Notes: a model not told the origin generated them from the letters alone. Shown: positions 49,264 to 63,017, numbered from the stretch's first letter. The stretch is 64,000 bases of DNA from Felis catus (GCF_018350175.1 NC_058368.1:101620001-101684000); one strand, 5' to 3'. Made by a program: numbers and translations.

Positions 49264-52200
49264 TCTCCAGCTCGTTTAGTACATTCGTCTTAGATCTGCT
49301 TTCTAAACACAAACTGTCCAGGGATGACCTCTTCTGTGAAGCTGGTTATCAGAATCGGTAGAATCTGAGATCCCAACTCAGCAACATTTTACTGAGTCAT
49401 TTACTGCAACTGCTAAGAATGGTCCCACTAAGTAATGATGGTTTTTGTTTTTGTTTTTGTTTTTGGATGGACAGCTGGATGAGAAAACAGTAAATAGGCA
49501 GACATTTAATTCTCCTTTTGTTCTTTTCTTTTGCTTTCTTTCTTCTTCTTTTCTTTCTTTCTTTCTTTCTTTTTTTTTTTTTTTGGCTGCTGTGATATTT
49601 TTTTTGTTGATGGATTCTATTTCTGGGACAGAGGGGAGGTTTCTGGATAAGTAGGACCATTCTCTCAAATTGAAAACTATGAAATGTGTTAAGAGTTCCT
49701 GGGGACTTGAGTGAATGATCAGTTCTAGGAGCTTTGTCTGTCTGTAAGACCCAAATTTGCTTCCCTGGAAGAGCCTATGGGTCCTTGGGGCCCACAGGAA
49801 GCAAATGCGGACAGCAGCACTTAAATCAGTGTGCGGTTCCTCCTGTCGGCATTTTCGCCTCGTAGACACATCACGGTCGTGCTGTTATACACTTTTCTCC
49901 CCCCTCATTGTAGATTACATTTTCCAGGTGAATAGAACTTGAAGCCCTCAGATGATATAGCATCCCTGTGAGAAATTATGTAGCTAGTCTAGAGATCTAT
50001 TTCCAAACAATTACCAAATAAAGCAGCCTTCACAGCCTGCCATTATACCACTGTTCTACTCAGTCAGGTACGGCCATCCGTATCATTTCCTAGGCAGGAA
50101 GCACATCATTTCAAGTAGCATGCTGTGGCCCCTTGTGTCAGATAGACTTTGGGTGCTGGGCTTGAAAAGGTCTTATTTACTATTTTGGCCATGACTCGTC
50201 TTTCCTCAGCCCAGCTGCTTTTAATGCGGGGGGTGTGATTGGTTAATACATGCTCTCTCTCCTTTTTTTTTTCTTTTTTCAGGATTCATAAGGCCAAGGA
50301 CCCTGCAAAAGTTTCCTTTCGTGTGCACTCATTGGGATACCTATTTTGCCAAGTGCTGACTCCTATTTTTTTCCGAGCGATCAGCTGTCTCTTTTTTGCT
50401 TACCTTGCTACACCTCTATTTTTAATACCCCGGTCACTCTTTCAAATGCCTCGGGGAAGTAAGTCGGAGGTTCACTGGGAACAGGGAGAGGAAGAGATTT
50501 ACGGCAATGTTTTCTGGTTTGTATTATTTATGAATTTATTGGTGGTATTTGTTATCTTCCCGATGGATGGGGAGTTTCAATATTTTAACCGTCGTTGTGA
50601 TCCTTTGTTCTAAGTAGCAGGCTAAACCCGGAGTTTTATAACGATGGACCCTTTGCAGAGGAATCCCCAAAACAGAACATTAAGGTACCCAGCGCTGAGT
50701 CACTGACACGTATATTTCTGCCTAAATCGTAAAGCAAAAATCCTAGAAGCTTAGCTCATTTGATCAAAATCATATTTGTCAAACAGCGGTTTCTCTTCTC
50801 TCAACACTCCCTGACAATTTATCCCGTGAGTTGCTTAGAACAGATAAATGTTAATTTGGTCTCAAAGGCTTGAGTCCTCATGAGGTGAATGACTGTGCGT
50901 CTCCTTGGTAATTCATAGGTCGCCAAGTTAGAAATCTGAGATGCCGCCTCATACGCGTGAAGCTTCTTCTCGACCTGCTGGTACCCTTGCTGTGAAGAAA
51001 ATATGCTGCGATGTGGCAAGACACAATTGCAGAAAAGGAAACCGACGGGAAGACGTAACCCTGGTGAGCAACCTCAGGTAATGCCAACGCGTTTTGTGCT
51101 TTAGTGTGTGGACATCTCATTTGACCCTCAAGTGTTGTGAGGTATTATTATTCCATTTTCCAGACGAGGAAACTGAGGCCTCACAAAGGCAAATGATTGT
51201 TGGAGAAGAGGAAGGTGAAAAGCAAAGGAAACCGTATTTCTCTGAAGCCAAAGCCCTTACTCATTCTTTGCATCATCATGCTTCCATAACGAATGTCATG
51301 CATGGAGGCGTAGATTTGCTGTTCCAGAAGCATATCATTTTGCGTTTAGAATTGTTTCTGGTGACGTGATAGATGTCGCTCCTTACTCCTCAGGGTTGAA
51401 GTTGAGGGTTCTGCAGGGAGGGAGCGGGGAAGAAGATTTTTGAGACGTTTTCTGGGGTGCATTATTTATAATCCTATTTGCTGAGTTTATTGTCTTACCG
51501 ATGGATGAAGAGCTTCAATATCTCAGTTGTTATTTGGAATTTTCTAGGGAAAGAGATGCTTGCCACAACCTCCGACCTTCATGTAGAACCCTAGCCTTAT
51601 TGGAATATGCTCCTATAAAACACAATTCATCCCAAACATGGCGTTTCAACCTTTTTGTTTGATAAGTATGAATTTCTCCAGTTTGTGAATTAAGCTGGCA
51701 CCTCTTTTAAGTCCGATTCCTCTGTTTTTTCCAGCCTGATTATGCACGGAATCTCATTCAAATGAACTAGAATTTCTCTGAGCAACGTTGGGTGTAAGAG
51801 GTTCCAAACAGAATTGGACCTTGGCTGTTAAATGGTATGCGAGATGCTATCTGTTGTCTTTGTGCTTTTATGATTGTACTGACTTATCATCTGCACTGTC
51901 AGTGACCTTCAGGAAAAGAAATGTAGAATACACAGAGGAATTTTCATTACTTGAAAAATAGTAAGTGAAGTGATGACAGATGGATAACGAATACATGGTT
52001 TGTGCCAAGTAACACTTTTTCCTTAAAAATTTTTTTTCGAAGCATCTTTATTTCATTGTAAACCAGAAAATTGTGACTTTTTTTTTTTTTGCCTCCTAAG
52101 TATCTGTGTTAATGTTAACGTGTTTGCAGTTGTATTCCATTCATTTTTAATAGGAGCATTAAATAAAGATGATTCATTTTAGCTGGAATTTAAAATAAGC

Positions 52201-52881
52201 TTTTAGGATTACAACGTTCAGATGCCAGATTTTTAAAATGGCCCCCCCCCACTTAGTTTTTCTAACATACTCTTCCTCCTCTCAATTCTCCACTTTTAGA
52301 GTTTTTAGAAATTTAGAATCTGAGTAGTTTTGCAGTCAAATTTGTAGGTAAGAAGATTGTCTAAGTCTGAAGGCAAGCCTGGGAACGGTGAAATTTTAAA
52401 GGTAAGTGATCTCCAAATTATTGGTCAACGGGCAACGTTATAGTAAGACTCTGAGTTACGTCGAATCTCTCTGCATTTAGAGATTTAAAGTCATGTCAGG
52501 GCCCACTCCATTCACCTCAAGCTGCCTACAAACATAAGTCAACTTGGAAAAAATACATCACGTTGTAATTCAAGACAGGTAGAAGCTCTAGGAAATTTGC
52601 AAAGAGGAACATAAAGGTCAGCCTGGCCTTGGTTCTTTGGGGCTCTTTTGGTAATTTTCTCATCTCCAGATCTTCACAGACATGCCCGTAGCCATCAACC
52701 CACTCACTCCCCCTGGGAGTTCCAAGATCTCAAGGAACATGTAGAACTACCTCCGGAATCAGAAAGTGGAAGAAGAAAGGTCAAGATACCACACTAAAAT
52801 CTGTCACCTGTTATCGTTGCGTCTTTAATATGACTCAATAACTTCCTGCAAAATTTTACAGATAGAAGAGATTGTTTGACA

Positions 52882-52883
<2 letters not shown>

Positions 52884-52930
<47 letters not shown>

Positions 52931-53030
52931 AAGGTTTATTTAAGTAATCTCTACACCCAATGTGGGGCTCAAATTCACAACCCCGAGCTCAACAGTTGCC
53001 CGCTCCACAGACTGAGCCAGCCTGGAGCCT
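52884..53030 (-). mobile_element. Short Can-SINE with adjacent (TA)n tract
   Basis: TAATCTCTACACCCAATGTGGGGCTCAAA...GACTGAGCCAGCC. Confidence 0.9.
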
Positions 53031-53629
53031 CTGTTTCACGGCCTATTTGATTGGATGTTGTGTCACAGGCATTTCTTTTAGAGCTTGGCAGTAAGTTGGT
53101 GTCCTACGATATTGTACTGGTTTTAGCATAAGTGATACTGGTGCACAGAAACTTCTGTGGGAGGGTAACTTGCAGAATGTCTAAGTATGGCCTGTAGTTG
53201 TTTTGATAACTTTGGCTCAGCTGAGTACTCACTCCCATTTCTTGTGTGTGTAGAAAGAGAAATCCCACAGTAGCAGATTAGTATGCCATATACAAATACA
53301 ATGAGTAAGACCCACATGGCCTCGCATTTACAAGGTAGTCAGTCCCACGCTGGGTAGAATAGCGTTAAGCTGTATTATTGGAAAGGCATCATTGGAAAGA
53401 ACTATCAGCCTCAGCCTCTATGGAATTTTCAATCTGATGGCCGAGACAGGATCTGCACAGAAGTGAATCCCTGGAACCTTACAGCACATCCTGCGAACAA
53501 GTAGAGGTCTGTTAACCCCATGCTAGGAGGCTTGCAGTAAGTGTATTCGGTCGTCTTCCCTTAAGGAACACTCCATGGAGATGGAAAAGCTTTCTGAAAT
53601 GTTTTTGAAGTCTTAAAAATTAATGTGAT

Positions 53630-53847
53630 TGGTGTGCTGGGTGGCTCAGTCGGTTAAGCGTCCGACTTGGGGCTCAGGTCATGATCTCACAGTTTGTGAG
53701 TTCGAGCCCCACATCGGGCTCTGTGCTGAGAGCTCAGAGCCTGGAGCCTGCTTCGGATTCTGTGTTTCCTTCTCTCTCTGTCCCTCTCCTGCTCGTGCTC
53801 TTTCTGTCTGTCTTTGTCTCTCAAAAATAAACATTAAAAAAATTAAA
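53630..53847 (+). mobile_element. Can-SINE
   Basis: SINE body; TSD-like AAAAATTAAWGTGATTG. Confidence 0.95.
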
Positions 53848-54379
53848 GTGATTGCATGTTCTTTGAAAGCTTAAACACTTTAGAACTACGTATACTCCTG
53901 GATATCAATTTCCCTTCACATCCTTCTTCCCGCTTACAATTCCACTCGCCTGAAGGTAACTTCTGTTAGCATTCAGTATCTAACATACTATATATCCATT
54001 CAGGTATCTCTATCTTTCTATGTATGTATGTATCTATCCTGTCATTCTGTATTATTTTGCAATTTGCTTTTTCACTTGTCGTTATATATCATAGCTGTTT
54101 TCATGTTAGCATATGTGAGTGTGTGGGGGTCTCATGCTTGTAAGAAAAACTTACGTACCAGAGGCATATCATAAATTGAAACTTACATTTATTGATTTAC
54201 ATTTTTTTCCTATCACAAACAGCATTGCAGTGAAAAACGTTGCAAGTAAATTCCTTCATTCATTCACTCGTTATTTTATTGAGCGATTACTGTATGTCAG
54301 GCATTGTCGTAGGTATGGTAAACATGAACACAAAACACGAAACAAAGAATGATAAAAAGATATGGGTTCTGTCCGAATT

Positions 54380-54575
54380 GGGACCAGGATGAGATGAAGT
54401 GACGTACTTGCTTTCGGCACAAAATTTCAGGAGGCAGCAAAAAAACTCAGTAATCAAGATAAATAATATTTTAACACAATACTAAAAAAATCAAAATTAA
54501 TTTTAAAATTTCATGATAAAATAGGAGCATTGTAGACAAAAGCAGAATCTATGCTTCGCTTACAGTCTCGCCAAG
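54380..54575. mobile_element. MER96B-like hAT element
   Basis: CAAAATTT.AGG.GGC..CAAAAAAACTCAGTAATCAAGATAAATAATATTTTAA. Confidence 0.8.
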
Positions 54576-54689
54576 GAAATATCAAATGACCACAAGTTTA
54601 TTATTATTTATTATTTACAAATTATGAAGGAAAAAAAGTAGGGTATTACAAGAGAGGATCTTTAGCTAACGTAGATTTACGTCAGACAC

Positions 54690-54890
54690 TGTCACAGGTT
54701 AGGTTCCTGGAGAGGCCGACTCTGAGAAGAGCATTTAGAGGATTCAGTAGGGCATGTGCTTGGGGTCAACGCCTGGAAAGGAAGGAAATGAAGCAGGATT
54801 TGGTAGCGTGAGAGACTGAGCTGTAACACGGTCCCCCTGGAAACCTCACGTGACCCCTTGGGGAGTTTTGAAGATGGGATGATGGCTCTA
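54690..54890 (-). mobile_element. LTR16-family (ERVL) LTR fragment
   Basis: GGTTCCTGG...GACTCTGAGA...GGGGTCAACGCCTG...GAAGCAGGATT. Confidence 0.7.
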
Positions 54891-55109
54891 CTAAATGAGG
54901 ATGGAATTATTGGATGGTTTCTTTGCAGTGAACTTGTAAACTATGTCCTGTTAGGGTTCCCATTTTAAAGATGAGAAAAGCGAGGTTCAGAGATACTGCT
55001 TCTTTCCCAGGGTCCCGCAGCTGACTAGAGTCGGAAGGAGGATTTGAACATAAAGTTTGCATCCTGCAGAGTCCTCAATTTAATATTGCCTTATTACTGT
55101 GTGCATGTC

Positions 55110-55700
55110 AGAACGTTCCTGTGTTACAGATTCTTAGAAGTACGATTGTTGGGTCAAAGTGCGTACGCATTTTTGAATGTTAGTAGATAGTACCGAATTG
55201 ATCTTCAAACAGTAACAATTTATGTACTCATTGAGTTTCTATGAAATTGCCCATTTGCTCATAGTCTCGTCAACTGTGGATATTAGTAATTCCTTTCATT
55301 GCTGTGAAAACTAGCGGGTGAAAATAAAACACGACTTACCTTATTTTGACTTCCCCTAATAAGCAACGCAGTTACGATTTTCTCATGTTTATTGACTGTT
55401 TGAGTCTTTTGTTTCCTATGAATTGGCACTTTGTGTTTATACTTTTGCACACTTTTGTTGGGTCATCTTATTTCTCAGTAGTTTGTAGGAGATCTTTGCC
55501 TATTATAGATGCCACAATCATTTTTCTCAGTGTCTTTCTGGTCTTTTAATCTCATGTATCCATCTTTTATTATATAAGCTTTTAAAAAATTAACTAGTCA
55601 AAGCTGTCCATCTTTCCTTTAAATTTCTAGATTTTATGCCTTGCTTAGAAAGGCTTTTTCTGCCACAAGAGTATTAAAAACATTTTATATTTTCATTTAT
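55110..55700 (-). mobile_element. L1ME-like fragment
   Basis: GATTGTTGGGTCAAAG...CATTTTTGAA; TGCCTTGCTTAGAAAGGCTTTT. Confidence 0.7.
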
Positions 55701-56777
55701 ATTCGTGTTATGGTATATATTATATGTGTTATTATTTATGAATTTATTGCATTATTTATAAGTATAACATATTCCCTATAAATACTTATACGTTTCTATG
55801 ACTATCATCTGTTGATGTAAGATACGTAATTCAACATATTTTACATTAGGTTTACGAATTCATTCTATTAGCTTCATATATATGTATTTATATACACACA
55901 TTCATTTATATGTGTTTAGATACATATTCATTGTTAAATGATTATTTGGAATTTATTTTTATAAATAATAATAATTAACAATAATATTAATTAATATTAA
56001 TATTAATATTAGATGTTAGGCATTGTGTTGAAGATCTTGGTTTTTGTGTTTTCCTTTAAAAGGTATGAAATTTTGTTTCCATCTTTATCTTTTCTGGGCT
56101 TATTTTCAGCTTTGTTGCCATGGGCCCACCGTAGCCTTTATTTAGGGGGGACTGAGCGACTGACTAGTAGTCCTACTATTCAAGCATAACCCTTTGGGGA
56201 TCTTTCTTCAACAAACTGTGCTCTCAGCGAGGTCTCTTCACTATGACTTATCAGAACTTGAAATCTCTGGGCTCTGTGTGGGCTTCGAGATCGTCCAGGT
56301 GAGAATTTCCCTACACTTCCTTGCTGCTTGGCTTGGTAGAGGTTGACATTACTCATTACTTGTGATGTGCTTGCGGTCCCACTCTATGCTTTATGCTCTA
56401 AAAAGTGCCCTCAGGCAGAAAGACAGAGTGACTACAGGGCTTACTTCAACTTTTTCCTCTTCTCGGGGATCACAGCTATGTGCTACCTATTACCCAAAGT
56501 CTGAAAGCAGTTGTTTCTTGGAATATTCCCAGTCTTCTATTTATTTATCCTGGGAGAGCTAGTCCATTACCAATTATTGCTTCATTGCAGAAGTGACAGT
56601 TTACTTCCTGGCTTTTAAATCTGTTATACTGAATTCCATTGCCGATAATTCCACTGATATTTGAATTCCTACTTTTTATAATATATTACCCATTTAATAC
56701 ATTTTTTTGGATAATTGAACTAGCATTTTAATAAAGAATTTTGTGTCTGCATTCATACGTGTGGTTGGTTTGTAGTA

Positions 56778-56980
56778 TTTTTTTTTAAAGATTATTTATT
56801 TTGAGGAAGAGAAAGAGAGTGTGGGGGAGGCTCAGAGAGAGGAGAGAGAGAATCCCAAGCAGGCTCTGTGCTGTCAGCAGGGAGCCCAAGGGGGCCTGGA
56901 TCCTACAAACTGTGAGATTGTGACCTGAGCCAAAACCAAGAGTTGGACGCTTAACCGACATAGAGACACTCAGGCGCCCC
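56778..56980 (-). mobile_element. Can-SINE within an L1 fragment
   Basis: SINE body. Confidence 0.93.
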
Positions 56981-57280
56981 TGGGGTATTTTTATATCCTA
57001 CTTTTCTTTGACTCGAGTATCAATTCTGGTACTTTGTAAATTTATTTAAGGCATTTAAAATGTTGTAACAAGTTCCAGAATGGTTTTAAAAACATAGAAT
57101 TTATACATAGTGTATTAGGTTTCCCATGAAGGTATCTGCATCTGATGTTTCAGGAGGTGGATGGGTTTGATACTTTCACCTGCCTTTGAATAACTTTTAT
57201 TATTACTGATATATTTGGATTTTCTATCTCTCCTTTTTGACTTATTTTGCTGATCTTTTTTTGCATTTCATCTGTGTTTT

Positions 57281-57506
57281 ATTTTTTTAACTTATTATTT
57301 TTTTTTTGATGTTTATTTACTTGTGTGAGAGAGAGAGGGAGACAGAGAGTGCAAGCAGGGGAGGGGCAGAGAGAGAGAGGGAGACACAGAATCGGAAGTA
57401 GGCTCCAGGCTCTGAGCTGTCAGCACAGAGCCGGACGTGGGGCTTAAACCCATGAACTTTGAGATCATGACCTGAGCCGAAGCTGGATGCTTAACTGACT
57501 GAGCCC
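57281..57506 (-). mobile_element. Can-SINE, 5'-truncated
   Basis: TSD TTCATCTGTGTTTT; lacks the GGGGCGCC head. Confidence 0.93.
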
Positions 57507-57902
57507 TCACTTCATCTGTGTTTTAAAATTTATTCCTATGAATTTAAATCTATAATTCCTTCATTATTTAGAAAATCTTCTTTATTTCTCTTCATGTGAT
57601 CCTTTCTCATTTCTAATGTTTTAAGATCTGTTTAATGTTTTTTCTTTGCTTCCTTTGCCACAGTTTTGCCTATTTTGTCTTCTCAAATCATACATTTTGA
57701 GGTTTTCCAAACAGATGAGTATTTTCAGTGAAGTTCAGGAAAGTGGAAAGGCTAAAGAGAGAAGAGAGTGTTATGTGAGGAGAGACGACGCCTGCCCAGG
57801 CATGTGGGCACGGATGGAAAGTTGTGGAGAATAATGACATAAAAGAAGGGGGTGTGGTGAAGAATTGTGAGAAGCGTCTTAAAAGTTAGGGAAGAAATTT
57901 CT

Positions 57903-57928
57903 TTTTTTTAAATGTTCATTTATTTTGT

Positions 57929-57977
<49 letters not shown>

Positions 57978-58132
57978 TGGAGGAGGGGCGGGGGGTGGGG
58001 AGAGAATCCCAAGCAGGTTCCATGCTGTCAGCGCAGAGCCCGATATGGGGCTTGATCTCACAACTGTGAGATCATGTCCCGAGCCAAAATTAAGAGCTGG
58101 ACACTTAATGGCCTGAGCCACCCAGGTGCCCC
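57903..58132 (-). mobile_element. Can-SINE
   Basis: TSD TAGGGAAGAAATTTCT. Confidence 0.96.
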
Positions 58133-59169
58133 TAGGGAAGAAATTTCTGAATGGAAACAGTAGGTTATGAGAAACAATGCAGTGTTTGTAAGCTTCAGAA
58201 TTATATAGCACAGCCAGACTTTTTGGAGAAGATTATTTCAGCAGGTTTGGGTATATTGATGTGTGCAGCTTCTAGAGGTAAGAGATGTCTTCTTGGAGTG
58301 TTGTTGCTGAAGGTCCGGAAGAATGCAGGTTGGTTTTGACGAGGCGTTTGAAAACGGAAAGACAGACCCAAAATAGGTTAGTGAGGACTGTGTGGTGGGA
58401 ATTGACTCTGAATATGTGCGCGTGGCCAGGGGTGGGGAAAGAGAAATTTTAAAAAGGATCACACTGCAACGTGACAAGAGGTGGGGTCCCGAAGAGGGGT
58501 GTGGTGCATATGGATGAAGAATTTGGGTAGAGGTGCCTGTGCGGGGCTGGCTGGGGTCGGCTCAGGATGCATAGCCGATGCGAGGTCCTTAGTAAGTGCG
58601 CCAGGCTCTGTGGAAATTCCTGGGACACGAATCAAACGCTAGACCATGATCAGGGTCCCCAGTGACCTCGAGGGCCTGGCTACCCCAGGCTTCAGAGAGC
58701 ACTTTCGGGTGACAGTTTTCTCTTCCTGGCTTAGTCAGCCCTGAAATTAGTGTGGGTTATGACCTTTGCAGGTGACTCTTTGCCGTGTGAACAGGAGGAA
58801 AGTCAGGCAAATTAAACTTTTAAAAAAAGAATATGCTCTATCGAACCGTTCACTAGGGGTATTTGAGAATAAAGGACATCTTTAGGGAGGAAGACGCAGG
58901 GGTGAGATCCTGTGTGAGGTAGTCTTTCTGTTCTTTTTTGTCTTCTAATGACCAGCAGGAACATTGCCATTTGAAAGGAGGTCACCTTGCTGTGAGGGTC
59001 CTTTCTTTCATTCCTTGCACTCTCTGGCCCTAGGAGGAACCGCGACCGTCCCGGTAGCAGCTGCAAATATAAGCATGAAGGACCAGACCAAGAATGTGCC
59101 ACTCTAACACTCTGACCTTACTGCGTTGGACCCTGGTCATGTGATTTATATATTTATTTAAAATATTGT

Positions 59170-59388
59170 TTAATGTTTATTTATATTTGAGAGAGAGAGA
59201 GAGACAGAGAGAGACAGAGTGTGAGCGGGGGAGGGGCAGAGAGCGCAAGAGAAAGACCCAGAATCTGAAGAGACTCCAGGCTCTGAGCTGTCAGCACAGA
59301 GCCCGACACGGGGCTCGAACTCACGAGCCGTGACTCGTGACTTGAGCCGAAGTCGGACACTCAACCGACTGAGCCACCCAGGCGCCCC
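59170..59388 (-). mobile_element. Can-SINE
   Basis: SINE body. Confidence 0.95.
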
Positions 59389-59482
59389 GTTGTCCTATGT
59401 TGTTTTAAAACACAACATTTGACAGCTCCTCTTTTCCCAATACTGGAGCAGTTTCTTCCCTCTCCTCTAATAACTTATTTAA

Positions 59483-59694
59483 TTTTTTTTTCAACGTTTA
59501 TTTATTTTTGGGACAGAGAGAGACAGAGCATGAATGGGGGAGGGGTAGAGAGAGAGGGAGACACAGAATCGGAAACAGGCTCCAGGCTCCGAGCCATCAG
59601 CCCAGAGCCTGACGCGGGGCTCGAACTCACGGACCGCGAGATCGTGACCTGGCTGAAGTCGGACGCTTAACCGACTGCGCCACCCAGGCGCCCC
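59483..59694 (-). mobile_element. Young felid SINEC_Fc-type SINE
   Basis: 17-bp TSD TCTAATAACTTATTTAA at 59466-59482 and 59695-59711. Confidence 0.97.
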
Positions 59695-62403
59695 TCTAAT
59701 AACTTATTTAAAGAGCCATTTCCCCAAGTTACCCAAGGAGGTTGGAAATCATTTCTGCATTTCCCCTGGCTTGTATTCTACTTGTCAAAAAGTCAAAACA
59801 CAAACACTGGCTGAACAGACTCAGTTACATCTCAACGCAGTAATTGTTGAATCACTCAGTAAGAGGAAAACCAAAAAAAAAAATAAATAAAGTCACGCAA
59901 GGAGTTATTATTATGCATATGCATTTTTAATGTCTGATTCTCTGTATAACCTTAAATTACAATGCAGGTTAAATTTCCCTTGCTGATTTATAAGCATAAT
60001 GTAAACTCTAGGCACAGTTAATGATATTGCGATGTAAAACGGTTCTGTTGCAGGCTAAAGACCTTGCTTAGCACTGCAAAGCTCCGGGTTCATTTCAATG
60101 TGATCATTGAGGCACTATGCAGAGATTATGCATTTATTGTATTTTTTTCATGAATACATGAATGAATAATAAGTTCAACAAACAAGAGTTTCCTACTGGG
60201 AATGTCAAACAAATCATTCTGCAAAGCGCTCTGAATTTCAATCAATCACTCCATCACACTTGTCCCGCTGAGGTCTTGGGCTTGGGCAGAGTCAGCACTT
60301 GGCAGCGCTCTTGGTGGGAGACGCGGGGCACAGCAGTGCGCAAGACGGGGCGCCGTCGGGCGGGGCGTCCCTGCCAAGGCCCCTCCTGGCTGCTTCTGCA
60401 TTGGTGGGGATCTGGTGGCCTGGGTGAATCGTATTCCTGTGGTCTTGCTTCAGCCACGCCCCTGCTGTTACCCCTAAGCTGGAATCCAGAAGCTTTAGGG
60501 AGACGGGCTCAGTGGAGAGAAAGTCCCCTCGAGGTGAGTGGCTAGGACAGAGCAACATGACAAAAGAGACTGCAGAGTTGTAACGTGGTTAAGGCCTGGG
60601 TGAGCGGGGAGATTGGGCTCCTGCGTGTGAAGGCGCCACGCGAGGTTTGCTCAGGGAGTATGGAGTCTTCTTTCTTTCAGGAAGTGTCGCTTGAGGTTCT
60701 CAAGTTGGATTTTGGCGTCTCTGCTTAGAGAATCCTTATTCGCATCTTAGAAAATTCAGTGCTCCTGTTATGGGGGATCTGATTGATATTAAGGCGGGGG
60801 AAGGAGAAGGCTTGAAGAAGAAGACACTCCTTTATCTGGAATTGTTTACCCCAAGGAAGTTCTGGGACAGACAGCTCTTTAGATGGAATCGTTTCCTCTT
60901 TCTGTCCCTTTGCTTGCATGGTGCCCTGAGGCAAATTCTCCCCCAAAGTTGAGAACCTCCTGGTGGGGGCAGGTGGGTGCCAGTTTGGGGTAAAGTTCCT
61001 ATAACTTGAATCAGCCCGCTCAGTCTGGAGAAACTTGCCCTCCTACCAAGGAAGCTTGCCAGTCACCACCTGCCAAAGCAATGAATAGCAACACATTTCC
61101 AGTGAGTTCCAAAGGCTGTGGTAATCAGGTTTCTACTTCAGTAACAACGTCCGTCTTAGCTCCCCGCAGCCAACTAAAGGTTACTAAACAATACAGTTGC
61201 TTTTATTTTATTTATAGCCTCTGAAACAAGAATCTTGTTGTTACTATCTCTTACTAGACCCTTCTGGCCCCAGGACCTTTCCATGGCCGTGAGGACCAGA
61301 AGTTGCTGGCCAGCATTCATAGTGCACACAGTGCCAAGCTGAGTGACTGCTTGATTAAATCTCGTTCCCTTCCTCTCTTCCTATTCTTTTATATTAAGCA
61401 TAAAAACAATCACCATCAGTTGCAAATTCATCAGGTTTTCTTACTAAGATGCCTTCCCTGCTATGAAGCCGATATGAATAAATAACACGACTCATTGCAC
61501 TTTCTGCAAAAGAAAGTGGGTGGCTAAAATGTGCCAAGCACTTTCAGGGCAAGCCCCAGATTATTCATGTGACGCCGGGGAGTGTTTCTGATGCAAAAAG
61601 GTTCTCGGGTTCCCTCAATGGGCTGACTGTCTTGGCCATCTGTGTGACGGAAAAGAGAGAGCGTCACAAATGAAAGGCTCAGTTTTCTCATCTGTAAAAT
61701 GGAGAAGTTGAACAGATTTGTTCCAAGACCCTTTTGATAACAGAGCGTCATTTCTGGAGCGCAGACTCTAACGCTAACCTGTTCGGGTTTCACATTCTCG
61801 AAACCGTTACTTAACCTCCCTGTGCCTCAGAGTCCTCATCACGACAAGCGGAAAATGAGGCTGGGTGCTGAGTGGGTTACCCGAGGCCCCACAGTTAGTT
61901 AGGAACCGGACAGGCAGGACCCCAGATGTCTCTCTGTACGCACATGCTCCTTCCAGCATGGGTTCCCCCCCTGCCCTCTCTCTCCAGGGTTCTACACCAG
62001 ACCAGTCGGCAACGTTGGCCGGAAGACAGAAGGATCGGGAAGGAAGGCTCCTTTGCTGCTTCTGCTTAATGTCAGGCTGAGAAATAGTCTCCGTGGAAAC
62101 GAGTTCCTCCAGTTTCGTAGCTGACCTCGGCACTTCGTTTCACACATAGCGTTTATCTGAACGAGTTCAAGCTACTTGCCGTTTGCACACTCACCTGTCA
62201 TGACCGCTCGCTTCTGAACTAATGACAAGTGCACTGTGCCGCCATCTGCTTCTCTGTCCCCCCCGCTGACCTTCATGCTTCCTTCTGCTTCCTTGTCTGT
62301 TCCCGCCTCCTCACTGTCCCTTGTCATGGATAGTAGGCAAAAGGCACTAACTCTGGCTCACGTTCTGCCCTTAGAACTTGTCATGGTTCCCCTTCCTCTT
62401 TAC

Positions 62404-62405
<2 letters not shown>

Positions 62406-62434
<29 letters not shown>
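62406..62434. repeat. (GT)n microsatellite
   Basis: Direct observation. Confidence 0.95.
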
Positions 62435-62802
62435 TTGTGAACACACACGTGGGCCATCCTTTCTTTAGATCTCCCACCAGAACTATCCTCAGTATTTCCG
62501 TACCTGTAATGGGTTTTTGTGGTGGGTGACACAATATCCGTTTCTCACTTGGGGCAGCCCAAGCCGGCTCCTGATGCTGGTAGGCAAGAGATAAAACCGT
62601 GGCGTATTTCTCTAAGTCCGCTTAAGTCACTTAATGCCGCCAAGTCCTTGAATCAGAATTTGATGTCCCAGGGAGAGCGCCTTAAACTCTCTCTCTCTGA
62701 GGACAGGGAGGCTGGGGCTGCTCCTGCCAGAGGCAAGTGTATTTGGGTAGTTGATTTACAAAGGGAAATACACTCAAGTTACCGACTGTAGAGCTCATTT
62801 TA

Positions 62803-63017
62803 TTTTTCTAAACATTTACTTATTTATTTTGAAAGAGAGACAGAGAGAGAGTGCAAGCGGGGAAGGGGCAGAGAGAGGGAGAGACAGAACCCCAAGCAGT
62901 CTCTGCGCTGTCAGCGCAGAGTCTGACGCGGGGCTCAAAACTCATGAACCGTGAAATCGTGACCTGAATCTAGATCAAGAGGCGGATGCTTAACTGACTG
63001 AGCCACCCAGGCACCGC
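62803..63017 (-). mobile_element. Can-SINE
   Basis: SINE body. Confidence 0.95.
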
